The position numbers and the translations under genes were made by a program. Shown in pieces: positions 12,772 to 25,532 of a DNA stretch of 64,000 nt. The stretch's first letter is position 1; each line of letters starts with the position of its first letter. This stretch comes from Camelus dromedarius (lineage: Eukaryota): positions 91,514,001 to 91,578,000 of the forward strand of contig NC_087436.1 in assembly GCF_036321535.1 (NCBI RefSeq). The letters are read 5' to 3'. A model generated the notes under the pieces. It was not told the DNA's origin, searched no databases, and worked only from the letters and a program-made list of their open reading frames with translations.

Positions 12772-12992
12772 AGCGGTGGGCCTGCCCATGGCACAGCGCA
12801 AACAGGGAAATAACGCCCCCACCAGTAAATGTGAAGGAGCTTCACACGTAAAGCCCTGTAAGAGTCGGTGAAAGCCTGGCTTTGCCTGCGGGGCAGGGAC
12901 TGCTGGGTTCCCATGCGTGTTCGTGTATGTGTGTTTGCAAGAGGGCGGCTGTTTTCTTTACTAACTTCACGTGGTCGTAGAACTATTCCGTT
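12772..12992. promoter_or_regulatory. Small CpG-rich cluster, candidate promoter/enhancer
   Basis: 12 CpGs counted in ~220 bp of apparently non-repeat sequence; GGGCGG 12943-12948, CACGTG 12968-12973, CACGTA 12845-12850. Confidence 0.4.
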
Positions 12993-13869
12993 GGGAAGGG
13001 GAAAAGTCTACCTCAGATCAGTAAAGATGAATGTCTGATAGCTACTGTTAATTAGACCAGAAGCTGTGCTTATCAACTGAGTCTTAACTAAGAACGAGAT
13101 TTTATTATTCATCCATTTAAGAATACATTGAGCATTTTTGCCAAGTACTAGGTATACCATGGTGATCAAAATAGCTGGGACCTCCCACCTCCACCCAAAT
13201 GAAAATGTCATCTATTTTGTTGGGCAAGAGATAATTTACCTGTTTTGTCTCCTTCATTGCTTTACACATTATAGGCAAACTCCTGTACTAGATGAAATGT
13301 TCTTAGTTTGAAGAAATTAAACCATAGTGGGGTCTATGTCACAAAGAGTATCTTATGCATGAATATTTAGTAACAAGTGCATGAGAATACAGATAAAGAG
13401 AAACCCTTTTGTTATATTTTACTAAAAACATAAGAAGAAACTTGTAGAAGTCTGTATGATCATTTCACTAGAATGTATGAAAAGCTATAGGAAGCAATAA
13501 AGAAAAAGTGGATTGAAAATTAGATCTAAAGTAGAAAAACTTGCTTGGGTTCAGAAAAGTATTCACAACAACTCAAAGTTTGCTAAGTACATAAAATACA
13601 AATCAGAGATTGTAAAATATGATAATTAACACTGAATAAAAAGGAACAATATATGTGTAGGATAAAATTATGAGATTTTCTATAAAGATTATAGTGAAAG
13701 AAATATTAAAGAAAGTGATTAGACAGGAGATATACACAGAGAAGACAGAGCAAAGTCAATGTAAGATTTATATATGCCTAAATGGGTTGCAGCTTGAAAA
13801 AAATTTTAGCAGCTGAAATAGACCTGAGTGTTTATTGTATCTTGGGTGAAATTAATAAGAGACATAGTC

Positions 13870-13984
13870 ATAATTATTTTCAGGCAGTATTACATGATCC
13901 ATAGAAAGCCAGTGGAAATCAATGAAAAAAAATGCTTAGAATTACAGAGTTTACAGAAGTGACTGGCAATGAGATAAAAGCAGA

Positions 13985-14029
<45 letters not shown>

Positions 14030-14243
14030 CCCGTACATGCACACAAAGACAAGAAAAAATGTTCTTATATACAAGCAATAGTAAAACAATAAAAATAAAA
14101 ATTCCCATTCATAATAGAAAAATAAACATCATTAAACAGGTATCTATCCAATAAGAAGTGAATAGATCTTACATGAAGAAAATTACACAACGTTAATGAA
14201 TATGAACTCTCTACAAGAATATTTCAACACATGGGAAGATATT
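13870..14243 (+). mobile_element. Highly decayed L1M ORF2 fragment interrupted by a CA repeat
   Basis: ttattttcagg...atagaaagcc...ttcttatatacaagcaat...attcccattcataatag...gatcttacatgaagaaaattacacaacgttaatga follows L1 ORF2 order. Confidence 0.6.
13989..14028. repeat. (CA)20 microsatellite
   Basis: Direct reading. Confidence 0.97.
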
Positions 14244-14584
14244 GCAGCCTCCAGAGCCTGATGTCCGTGAACCATCCTTCCAGACCAGATCGTGTGGATG
14301 ACAGAATCAACTTAGAGCCCACACTAGTTTGCTCTGCTTCCTTTACTTTCGAGTAGGTCGTACTCACAATCAGATTAAATCTCCCAGTCCCATCCACCGT
14401 TGGCCTAATCTCTGTCATCTATTCTTCTGCTGCTGCAACTCAGGTTGTTCATGGTCAAGCCTACAAAAGTGAAGTCATCTGAGAAGATGCAGTCAATGCT
14501 AGGACTTGAAATATACATTTTTTATTTACTTAAAAAAAGCTCATTTCCCCCAATGGAAACACTTTTTCTAAATGGAGGTAAAGC

Positions 14585-14750
14585 AATCTAAGTATCAAGA
14601 GCTTAAACATCGAAATTAGACCTTTGCAGAAATCATGGCTCAGTGCTCACCAGTATCATTATTTTAAGCATTTTACGTAGGATTTCTGAACCTCAGTTCT
14701 TCCTCTATAAGAATAACCCTATGTATGGGAATGATTAATATTGGATGTCA
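14585..14750 (+). mobile_element. MIR SINE (decayed)
   Basis: aaatcatggctcagtgctcaccag...tttctgaacctcagttcttcctctataa MIR core. Confidence 0.6.
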
Positions 14751-15805
14751 CAGTTATTAGCCCTTGCTTTTTTTTTATATAAAAATTAATCCACGTGACA
14801 CAGAATTCTTTGCATTCACTATTCTTGATTTCCTACTACCAATTTTAGGATATTTTCTAATTTTTGGAGTTAAAGGTATAAATATTTGGAAAAAGTATAT
14901 ATATAAAAGAGTCGAAAGTAACCCAAATTCATTACCTTTGTGAGAAATCCCATTTGTTCTGTAGGACATTGAATATGCCAAGCTTGATGTGATGAAGCAA
15001 GAACACAATAGTGCTAGTTGAGAATTTAAAAATCCTGTCAAAATATGATATATTCTGTATGGATTTGTGTTTAGAATATGTGGTGCCAGAGCAAGTACAT
15101 CATGTTGATAAAATGACTTTTATCAAGCTTTAACTCCAGAAGCATTTGTGTCTTCCATACTAGTTGGTTCAGTAAGAACCGTGATTTATAGATTTAATTA
15201 CATACACTGTTACATAATAGGAGCTCTGTTAAATCTGGAAATACTGAAGCAAAGTTTGTGATAAATAAATGGTTAAGATGTGTTATGAATCTTACCCAAG
15301 GAGAATGCTGTAAAAGTAGTAGGCAGGGCACTGGCATGAGAAGATTTACCAGAGAAAATGGGATATGAGGACAAAGGAGTGAGGACATTAATTGTTCAAT
15401 GATTCTGGAAGAGCAACCAGTCTCTGATAAGGAATTAACGTCTATTCCACAGATTTCCTTAGGGCTTGACGAGTGACATTTAGGTAGGCATAGGAATCAA
15501 GCAGCTGGGAGTAAGAAACAGTTAAAACAGTTGGCAGCAAATTGGGGCTTTTGGTGTTGAAAACTGCTAAATAAACTTAAAAAGTCTTATCACCACACAG
15601 ACTGAATTAATTATACTATGGCTCCTGATTACAGGATCTGTGATCAATTCAAAGTTAAGTAGGATCATCATGATTACATGATATTGACTTCAAGTTATGT
15701 AACATTTAGACAGATATCATACTTTTAAAAACAACATATACATTTAAAGGAAGGCTAAGAGCAATGGACGTAATCTCATTATAACTCTGCCCCTCTGTAT
15801 CTCGC

Positions 15806-15910
15806 ACTAGAATGTGAGCTTCTTGATAGCAGAGGCAATGCAAGTCAATTCATCTTTAAGCTTCAACACTAGACACATTGAAGGTGCCCAATAAATGTTT
15901 AACTGATGAG
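15806..15910 (+). mobile_element. L2 LINE 3' end
   Basis: cactagaatgtgagcttcttgatagcagagg...aggtgcccaataaatgtttaactga. Confidence 0.8.
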
Positions 15911-16339
15911 CAAACCTATGCATGAATGAAAAGCAACCAAAACCAGTTATCTGTGCCATGCCAGAGCTGTGGCATTTCTGCTTTGAAGGGAATCGATCTT
16001 TCCACTTTTGAACCATCCATTGCTTTTCTTCTAGATGTTTCACTCTTACTACTACAACTCCAATCCTCTGACCTGTCTCCTTCATTTCTATATCTATTCA
16101 CTTCCTTTCACGCTTACTGTAGAGCCCAGGACCTTCCTATAACCTTTATTCTCGTATGGCTATACTACACTCTCTTACTTGCTGTCCTGGATTCCAAACC
16201 CCATAATCCAAGACCCTGTCTTCAACCCAACCAGATGTGGTTGAATCCAAGTACCCTTTCCTGTTTTAGCTTAGATTAACGTTGTCAGAGAAAACTTCCC
16301 TACCTACATAGACACCTGGTTAGTCTCTCTGTTCCTGGC

Positions 16340-16541
16340 CTACTAGTATCATAGCCACTAACCACATGTGGCTATTTACATTTAAATTAATTGAATTGAA
16401 ATACAATTAAAGAGTTAGTTTCTCAGCTGCCCTGGACACATTTCAAGAGTCCAGTGGCCTCGTGTTTTAGTGGTTATAGTTTTGGACAGTAGAGGGATAG
16501 AATCTTTTTATTACTGCAGGAAGTTCTTTTTGACAGCACTG
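16340..16541 (-). mobile_element. MER3-like hAT-Charlie MITE
   Basis: tagccactaaccacatgtggctatttacatttaaattaatt...ggacagtagag...gaagttctttttgacagcactg. Confidence 0.85.
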
Positions 16542-16599
16542 TTTCATATCACTCAGCAATTCTTTTCTCTGTCTTACCTTCTCCTAATTCCAGTGTTTT

Positions 16600-17340
16600 T
16601 TTAAAAATTTTCTCCATCCTTTCCAAACCTTCGATTTTCTCTCTACTGCCATAGATATTAGGGAAATTATTTTTTATAATTCCTCGGAAAAATATGCAAA
16701 CCATCACTTAAACATTTCTTTCTCTTCTTATCCCAAGTCTACAAAATTAAGTGATTTCACAGCCAGCATGTCCTTCTACTTGGGCCTCTTTTCAATGTTT
16801 GTTTTAAAATTCCATGTCTTTCTCCCTTCGTAGGATGCTGATATTTAAAACATTTTTAATTTCCCTACTTTATCTTCAGTTCTTCTCACTCAACCAGTTC
16901 ATTCCAGCAGTATTTTCATTTTTAAAGCTTCTTCTTTGTTGAAATGAAGCAAACACATTTTCTTTACATTTATGCTTATATCTATCATTTTTTTTAAAGC
17001 TGTACTCATTCTAATCCTAGTATAGGAAAAATTGCACACTTCTTTCCTTAGCATCTCTATCAGATCTGCTCCTTTTAAAGTGACTAATAGTTTCCTGGCC
17101 ATTGAATTCAATATACACATTTCAGTGCTTACCTTACTTGACCTGCACTGAATACATAGTTTCCCATTTTTCTTATTCTTCGAGTACTCTATTTCCTTGG
17201 ATTCCGTGACACCAGACTTTTAAATTGTACTGATCTCACTAATATCAAGCTCTATGAAAACAGTAAACTAGTATTTCTTGACTGTTAAATTTGACACCGT
17301 TTCTGGTGCATATCAAGCACTCTATAAATATCCATTGAGT
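16600..17340 (+). mobile_element. L2 LINE ORF2 fragment plus tail
   Basis: aaagtgactaatagtttcctgg...ttcagtgcttaccttacttgacct...ccttggattccgtgacacca corresponds to L2 RT (KVTND...SVLILLDLS...LGFRDT). Confidence 0.7.
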
Positions 17341-17674
17341 TCTAAAGTTGAAAATACATGCCTTCATAAGTAAAGTTTTGCTAGAAATTCCTAGAGGGGT
17401 ACTTCCCAAATCACTGCTTAACAACGAGCTAGACTTTAGAATGATTCTGGGAAAATGATCAAACATGAAGTCTCCTTGATGGGACATAGATTATATCCAC
17501 TTACTCAGCCCCTCTACTTTGGAAGAGGAAAGCTTTAGTAGTATAACCTGTGACCTGATCTTTTATATCAATATGTACCCCTCTCTCTCCTTTTCTGACA
17601 AACAAACTAATACTAAAGCTCTTCCTTCTGCAATCAGAAAGTTAGCAAAAATCTTACCTAGATTGCCTTTTTTT

Positions 17675-18975
17675 TTGTGCTAGACTCTGTTCTTATTGCT
17701 AGAATATAGTAAGAAAAAGCAAGAATTTTGACAAGGAGTTTATGCTACAGAGTGAAAGACAGTTAATGGACACACAAATACACATGTAAGATAATGGCAG
17801 ATATTAGTGAACGTTATGAAGAAGATTAAATAAGATGTTCACAGTGATGCTCAGAGTTGGTGGCCAGAGAAGGCTGTATGAGGCGGAATCATTTGAATTG
17901 AGACCTGGACTAGGAAATGGAGGCAGCCTTGTGGAAAGAACCCAAAAAACAAGGAAAGCAAATTCAAAGACCCTAAGATGGTGACAAACTTTTCATGCTT
18001 AAGGAGAAGAAAAGAAGACAAAAAAAAAAAAAAAAAAGCTGAAGTTGTCAATGAGAAGATTACTGATTAGTAAGAAAGGAGGAAGAAGTTTGAAGATGCT
18101 ATCAGAGGCCTGATAAAATTCTATTGTTAAGGAGTTGGATTTTATTTTGAGTAATAAGAAAACTTGTGAGGATGTTCAGTGAAATTGTCAAGCTCTGATT
18201 TCTATTTTAGAACAATTATGTTGACTAACATTTGAAGAGGCAGTAACGGTAGCAGGGAGATCAAGTGATAGTCTATTTTTGGGTTTGATGTTAGAGACGA
18301 TGGTGACTTGAGCTATAAAATTAGTAGCTGAAATTTTGAGAAATGAATACATTTTGAAGGTAGAAATGGCATGACTTGCTGATATACTGAAAAAAAATTT
18401 ATGAGAAAAGAAAAAAATCAAAGATAAATCAACTTAATGAATGATGGTATCATTTACTGAGTCAGAGAAAACTTAAATGAGAATTGTTTTAGTGAGAAAA
18501 GTTTTAGACTTCTGTTTCCATCATGTTTAATTAAGGATGATTGTTAAATTGAACATTGAATTAAAATTAAATTATATAATTATAATATATATATAATTAT
18601 AATATATATGTTTTAGGAGCTCAAGGCTCAGGAGAGAGGCCAGAATGGAGATGTAACCTTAGAATCATATTTGAAGCTGTTGAACTGGATAAAATAATTT
18701 AGAAGGCAGAAAATAAAATAGAATGCAGATTTCAATAAAAGAGTACCAAAGATAGTATCCTGGTTATCATGATAGTTAGAGGCCTAGTAGGGAAAAAAGC
18801 CAACAGTAAAAGCCATGTGTAAGAAGGAACCTCATGGAAAAAAAGAAGTAAAAGAAGTGACATCTTGGAATTCCAGAGAAGAAAGTATTACGAAGGAATT
18901 GTCACTGGTATCAAATGTTGACAAGGGTTGAGTAAGATGAGTCAGAGAATAGACTGTTGGCTTTTGCCAAAAGTT
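17675..18975 (-). mobile_element. Long L2 LINE fragment (probably continues, more decayed, to ~19800)
   Basis: Purine-rich reverse L2 landmarks: tttgaattgagacctg, aaggagttggattttattttgag, atacattttgaaggtagaa, ggtatcatttactgag, tcaggagagaggccagaatggagatg. Confidence 0.8.
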
Positions 18976-18987
18976 TGAGACCTGACA

Positions 18988-19008
18988 CAACAACAACAAC
19001 AACAACAA
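18988..19008. repeat. (CAA)7 microsatellite
   Basis: Direct reading. Confidence 0.95.
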
Positions 19009-22000
19009 CACAAAAGACAGAAACACTTCTTGCATTATTGTAAGAGGGAAGACAGAATGTGTGGTACAGGTGTCAGTGGCTTATTGGAACTGATGAGAAA
19101 AGGAAAGCTCACCTGGTACTTATGTTTCTCTATAAAATATAGAAAATGTTACCTAAGATTTAGGCGAGCAGGAAGTGATGGAGGGTTAAGGATGAGACTG
19201 TGTAAATAGTAGTCATAGACTGTGAGAAAATAAAATTTTAAGGAAAGAACAATAATATGTTCTGTTAGTATTATTTTCAGCCAAAACTTCTGTGTATTTC
19301 TCAACAGCAACTTTTGGCTAAACAAAAATGAGATCCTGGATTTAACTAGGGTTGGAATTTTGTTAGGTTAGAAAGAAAAAGGAGCGATAAGGAAAGAGTT
19401 ACAGGTTTGCAAAGGAGTGAACAGAGCACAGGACCATAGAATTCGGGATGGGTTCCGAGGGAACTGAGAACATGAGACTGTCATGTCTACTGTAAGAGTC
19501 ATTGTGTTTCTAACTGTCAGAGTGGAACAGCAATGCAGTGAGATGAAAGGTAGAAATGATGACCACACAGGGGCAAGTTTCAAAGTGAAACCTTGATAAA
19601 GTTGTGGAAGATAACATTGAGGGTAGATAGGTGGTTAACTGAGGAGATCAAAAAACTGTGAGTTATACTGAATGGATCTTCAATGGACCTCCGTGCTCAA
19701 ATCACTGTGGATGCTGATCTTAATAGTGGGGCAGTAGAGGGAAGGTGTCACTGATCCTGGTGAGGGAGTCTTCAGAGAAGGATGGAGCACTGGAGAAGCC
19801 AGCAGTCAAGAAAGAAGAGACTTATTTGTGGTGGGGCTAGGAAATCATCTGCTAAATTTCTGCCTCATTCTGAAAATTGTGGGTCTCAAATTTTCAGGAA
19901 AAGATCAATACCTACATTGATGTCTGTCATTAGTTACAATCTGATGATATACAGAATTTCAGGCAAATGGAAGGAAGCAGTTAATTTAAAAAAAAATCTA
20001 GGCATAAGTAAATATTGGAAATGCTCAGGAATTCAGACTCTGCTTTCTTGATGTTTTCTTATTAACTGATTTATTATGCAGGCATTACTCTGATTCAACC
20101 TTGACTAAATGCTCTCTAAAATGTAGCAATGCACCTGTTTATCTTAGAGAGCATGAAACATTAAAAATGTATTTTAACAGTTAAGGATGTTTCAGTGCCT
20201 GCAATTATGATTCTGAGCATGAATTTATTTATATAAGTGTATCATAATGAATCAATCAATATAACATCAAAATTATTTTCCTCAAAATATAAGTAAGTAA
20301 TTAAAAAAAAAAAGATTTATTGTTATCATTTGAGTGAATTCGCACAAAACCCGAGGCTGTTGACACTCCTGTTAATCTTTTAAATACATCACCTGTGGAA
20401 GTAGAGGCTTTAAAAAGACAAAAGCCTTTTAAAAAGCTGTGCAAACTACCTAAATTTCAAGTGTATTCTAGTAAAATGTACCAATCACAGCACAGAAGGA
20501 TGAAGAGTTATTTTCAACTCTAATCTTATGATATTTTGTTTTGGAGCAACTTAAGTTATCAAAATATTGTTATATTTTCCTATGATAACAAAGTAACTTG
20601 AATTTTTATTCTGAAGAATGATAGTGTTACCAGTGTGGTGCCACTGGCATGTGCATGGAAAATACTAGTGCAAATACAGTGGAAAAAACTGGGAAAATAC
20701 ATGAAAGACTGACAAACTTGTTTCATATTGAGACATCAAGATTGTCTTCAGTTTGGCTCCTTTAACAGGTTAAAAAAGCATTATTTCTAAAATGTTTTCC
20801 ATATATTCAATTTTAATGCATTTTTTTCACTCCTTGATTTTTCACTGTCTTTAGACTTCTCACTTGAATCTATACCATAGTAATGCCTTATATTGTAACT
20901 GCATTTCTTAGCAAATTCTCTTTTTCATTGGAATGTGTTTAAAATTCTGGTTTGTTCAAAATTCTTGGTTAATTTTTCTTCTAATTATGTAAATTTGAAC
21001 AGAATGAAACTCTGAAATCTTTTACTTGGAGAGTTAACTTTACCTTTTTAATCAATCAATTTGATGTGCATAAAATAAGAGCTTTCCAATAATGATTGGT
21101 TTACTTCATTGAAAATAAAAATTAATTTATCTCATTAGTAAGCCTAGCTTCTTAATCTCACCCACATATTGATCCCTACAGTGTCTCAAGCATTGTATCA
21201 GACACTTCACATATTGGTAAACGTGTACTTTGTGGCTACTGTGAACCAAGAAGAATTTTGTATTACCCACTAATAGTTTGTATTAATAGCTAAAACACTA
21301 AATTTTATGTAGTTTTTATTGTGGACTCCATTTAAGAACCTGCTGGAGATTGGTTCAGTAACTGTTTTTAATCCTTTACTAATCTGGAATATTTATGATG
21401 CAAATTTATTCTCTCAAAATTTAAATGTTAAACCTTTGAAAAAGAGAAATCAAGGATGAGGGCAAATAATCACATTTAACAAAGGAACAGAATCTAAAAC
21501 TAATTCTTAAGGACTGTTGTCAAAGCAAGCTCTCACCTGTTTTTGAACTGTCTGAGTGATCTGAGCTATACTTTGAGGTAAATGAAGCATTTAGACCCTT
21601 TAGAAGGACAGCTATGTCAATCAGATGCTGCTCCTTACCATCAGAAGCGTTTTCTTCTTAATGCTTTGCTGAATTTCTAAACGTCTCACATTACACAGCG
21701 CTAGTGATTTAAACCTGTTTCTCTGTGACATGCAAAGGAAAGCCATTTATTTTTTCTTTAAACAGAGCTGCTCATGGGGTGGGAAAGCTCTCACAGTTTT
21801 AATTTTCTTTTCTTCGTTTACATAGAGCCATAATCTGCTTGGAGACTTGTGGGTGTCCCATGGGCTGCAGACACAGAAAGATAATAAAAGCAGCTTTATG
21901 TTGAACCACCGCACAGTTATTTTAAAGAAAATCCATGAAAATCTCCTCTTCTTTGGCTAACGCCTTTCACCTTTTCTATTGAATTTTGTACGGCTTAAGA

Positions 22001-22422
22001 GCTAGTGACAATAGCCAACTGTGAAATAAATTTTAAGTATAAAATATAATATGCTGATCAGTGAAAGCAATTAGTAATATCCAAGAAAAGGTTAACTATT
22101 TCAGCAAGATGCCATCCCCCTAAAAATGATTTATAACAAAATCTCAAAAGTTAAAAACATGAAAGGACCAATTCAAATTAGTAAGAGGGATATGCATACT
22201 AATGTGTGCCTGTAAATGTGCCAGGTAATTTATGAACCAATCTGCACCACAACTTTCTGAATGCATTATTGGTACATACTTCTGGAGCACCATTTATGGG
22301 CTGTGTTGGACTCACAGAAGAAGTGACAGAGGAGTGATCTCCGTTCCTATGGAAATTCTAGGCTTATAGTCTCAGTTGTGCCATGATGAAATGTATAATC
22401 CTAACAAATTTTAACCATTACC

Positions 22423-23114
22423 TGCTGGGAAACAAGCTGCTGGAAAACAAGCAGCTGGAAAACAAGCAGCTAGAAAACAAGCCACACCTAAATTTCCATG
22501 AGCTTAAAATACGATATTCACACTTACCTGCTTAAAATGCACATGCATGCTTTGTTTTAATGTTTCACGCAGTAGATGACCTATAACAGGTGTTATGCTA
22601 AAGATAATTTGTGAGGGGCAATCCTGAGATTGACCATAGGGGCACGAAGAAGGGCAGATATTTCCTTAGGGTAAAACAATGGATGGTCCTAGAAAGCCAG
22701 CTCATCCATTAACAGAACTTTGTTCTGGCATGAAAGCATGCTGTTTAACCCAGGGGAAATATTTGCTATCTCGAGATGTCCCAGAGGCAATAACAGGATA
22801 GACTTAGCAGTTTTGCATACCCTGAGGAGGGTAATTGTTCCTGGAAGGGATAGGCCTGAAATTAATCAGTTAATCAGAAAGCAGAACTTAGTGCTTAATC
22901 ACATGGAATATCTAAAGCCCCACCTCTTTGATCGCACTTTTTTCTGAGCTGTATACTCCTAATAAATATGATGTTGACCAGGCTTTTAGCACTCTAGATC
23001 CACGAGATCTTGAGTCTCTTGTTCCCAACTTTGCTCTTTATTTTGTCTCTTTGTTTCTTAAGTCTTGGCGTCACCCGTCCTCAGACACGGTCCTGAGCTG
23101 CGCTGGATGCCGCA
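22423..23114 (+). mobile_element. Young solo LTR, ERV2/betaretrovirus-like (692 bp)
   Basis: Starts TG (22423) and ends CCGCA (23114); perfect 6-bp TSD ATTACC (22417-22422 and 23115-23120); AATAAA at 22961 followed by T-rich U5; CpGs retained near the 3' end. Confidence 0.85.
22424..22483 (+). repeat. 15-bp tandem repeat x4 (GCTGGAAAACAAGCA) at the LTR 5' end
   Basis: Units at 22424, 22439, 22454 and 22469 with 0-2 mismatches each. Confidence 0.95.
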
Positions 23115-23210
23115 ATTACCCCCACTTTCAAAATAAGAAAACAAAGGGTCAGAGGACTATTGAAATTCTCCCGATGTAATGCAACTATTCAGAGGTGGGA
23201 TTTAAACTTA
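23115..23210 (-). mobile_element. MIR SINE split by the LTR (other piece ~22395-22422)
   Basis: taatcctaacaa...attacc|cccactttcaaaataagaaaacaaagggtcagagg...gggatttaaac reads as one reverse MIR once the LTR is removed. Confidence 0.7.
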
Positions 23211-23895
23211 TTCTGGGGGAGACATTGGAGGCTAGCTCCTTTCATTTTTACCGTAATTTGGGGTTTCTACTTCAGCATCATTTTCCTTTATGTCTTTTTT
23301 TTTTTTTTGATTCTGGATTTAAAAAAAAAAAATGACTTATTTGAAATTTCAGGGAAAACAGTGCCTATAACTTCGATTTTACATGAATAGTTACACTGAA
23401 AAATAGGAAATTACTATTCAAGTCAACATTGATGAATTGAAGATAAAAATGAAGAAGAGAAGCTGAATTTTAGATATTTATTGCACTTCACTGAAAAGTC
23501 ATAAACATTGACTGTAACCTATGGCCACTGTAGAGAAAGACAGACCTATTTTAAAGTCAAGAAAGTGACAAATGCCTATTAGTAAAACAATTCTAACCCT
23601 TCAAAGAGAAGTTTGCTACTTTAACTTACACGTTCTAAATTGTGCCCACATTCAACAAGTGAGTTTTCAGATACAGCATGTGATTCTGTCTGTTCATGGA
23701 TTTGTGAAGTTCAACAATAATTCAGCCAAAAAATTGCAGTTTAATAACTATCATAAAGGAAACGACATATGGATGAGTCTGTGTGAATGAATGTACTAAA
23801 GGAATTTGAAGTTATTTTTATTTTTACTTGTTTTGTTAACAAAAACATTTCTTAACTTGAGTACATGCAGAGGAGTCAAATGTATTTATTTCTTT

Positions 23896-24470
23896 TGAGG
23901 GGTAGCAGAATATGTCACCTCAGAATATACTAATTAGGCATAAGGATTATTTTGAGCTAAAAGAAATTAAGAAAAAGCAGATCCAAAGAAAATCTCTCTG
24001 CCTTCCTCCTATTTGCCTTCCTCTAAAATTGGTAAATACATTTTCAAATATGTCCTTCCTCCTGTCTGTCCCAGGATGGACAAAACCTCATTCCCAGAGA
24101 CCACGTGAGCTCCCATCAGTTCAGAGTTGGCACCATAAGAAACTTCACTAACTAAAGTTTGCCCACAATGTGCTTTTATCTGCTTTCCCACAATTTACTG
24201 CACTTAGAGACTCAAGCGGCTTTTCCTTTGTCTTCTCACTTCTCTAAAAATGTATTTTTCCTATGCTGAGATATGCTATAAATTCTAGTTCTAACCAATC
24301 TTTTGAGTAACTCATTTCTCCCTGGGTAATCTCTCATGTATACATGAGTTATACCTGTTAATAAATTTCTGCTTTTCTTTCTCTTGTTAACCTGTCTTTT
24401 GTTATAGGGGATCCAGCTGAGAACTTGGAAAGATAGAAGAAAATTGTGATTTTTTTTTTTCTCTCCTACA
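23896..24470 (+). mobile_element. MER34-like ERV1 solo LTR
   Basis: tgagg...cagaatatgtcacctcagaatat...ggcataaggattattttgagctaaa start; ttaataaatttctg...ttgttaacctgtcttttgttatagggg...ctctcctaca end. No clean TSD. Confidence 0.85.
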
Positions 24471-25532
24471 TTTATTTATATTTAGCTGACAACTGTTCTC
24501 AACAAGACTTCAGTGCTGTGTCAATATAGCCATCATTGCTCCTCTAAAATCTGTCACGGTGCCTTCCAACTCTAGATATTGGTTGGAAAGACGTTCTCGA
24601 CATGAACTATGAAAAATAAGAAATATTCTCATGGGTACGTGCTGACACTGATATTGCCTCTGAGATCCTAAAAGATGAAGTGAAATATTTGTTACCATCT
24701 GGTGTAGTTTTCTTTCTGAGTGCGTATTTTCATGTTTTAGCGTATTCATCCTTTACTGGTTCATGCGTGCATAGAAGTCTGTGTTTAACATATTAATGAG
24801 GCTCTCCTGTCTGCTAGGCGCTGTTCTTTTGTTACAGATAGGAAGTAACAGCAACATTTGCACTATGCTTATTATGTGTCAAGAGGTACATATACAAAAT
24901 TCATTTCCAAGCACTCAAGAATTCCATTGTTTAGAAAAGAAACAGACAAGACCTTGTGATTCAACATGGCTCGTTCAATTAGGTATCTTTAGAGGGAAAG
25001 GATTTGGAACAAAGGAGTGATTAGCTCTCTTTTGGAAGCTGATTACATGGAGAAGATTTTTTTTTTTTTTTTAATTTACTAGCAAAACGAGAGGATTCTC
25101 AGGCTCAAAGAAGAGAAATAGCACAATATGTTTGAAGCACAGCATGTAGTTCAGTATATTTGTTGCACAGGGCATGAGGAAGTTATAGAAGGAAAATTAA
25201 CTTTTGAGTTCTATTTAACTATTTATATTTTTTCCAAAACTGGTGTGGCAAAGTTTAGTCATTCAATGATTATATCAGAAGATGACACATACTTTTGTAC
25301 GGCAGTTTTGAAAGATCATTCTGCTTGTAATATGGTGAATTCAGGCAAAAACAGGTGCAGGAAATTTAAAGTCTATTATTGTAATTTGGCATGAACCAGA
25401 AATTGTCTGAACAAAGGTGATAACTTAAGTAACCTAATTTTAAAGTGTTAAACAGTTAACATTTGAAGGAATTATTAATTCTTTAGAAATGGGAATGAAG
25501 AAGAATTAAATGCCAATTATGAGCCATATACT

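Noticed and set aside
12959..12980. Perfect TACTAAC branch-point motif before TAG
   Set aside because: Only ~16 nt from branch A to AG and no pyrimidine tract between them; likely chance
18574..18607. 17-bp AT-only tandem duplicate (atataattataatatat x2)
   Set aside because: Low-complexity slippage inside an L2
22424..22483. Short direct-repeat array as a possible CRISPR
   Set aside because: Units are contiguous with no spacers, lie inside an LTR, and the DNA is mammalian
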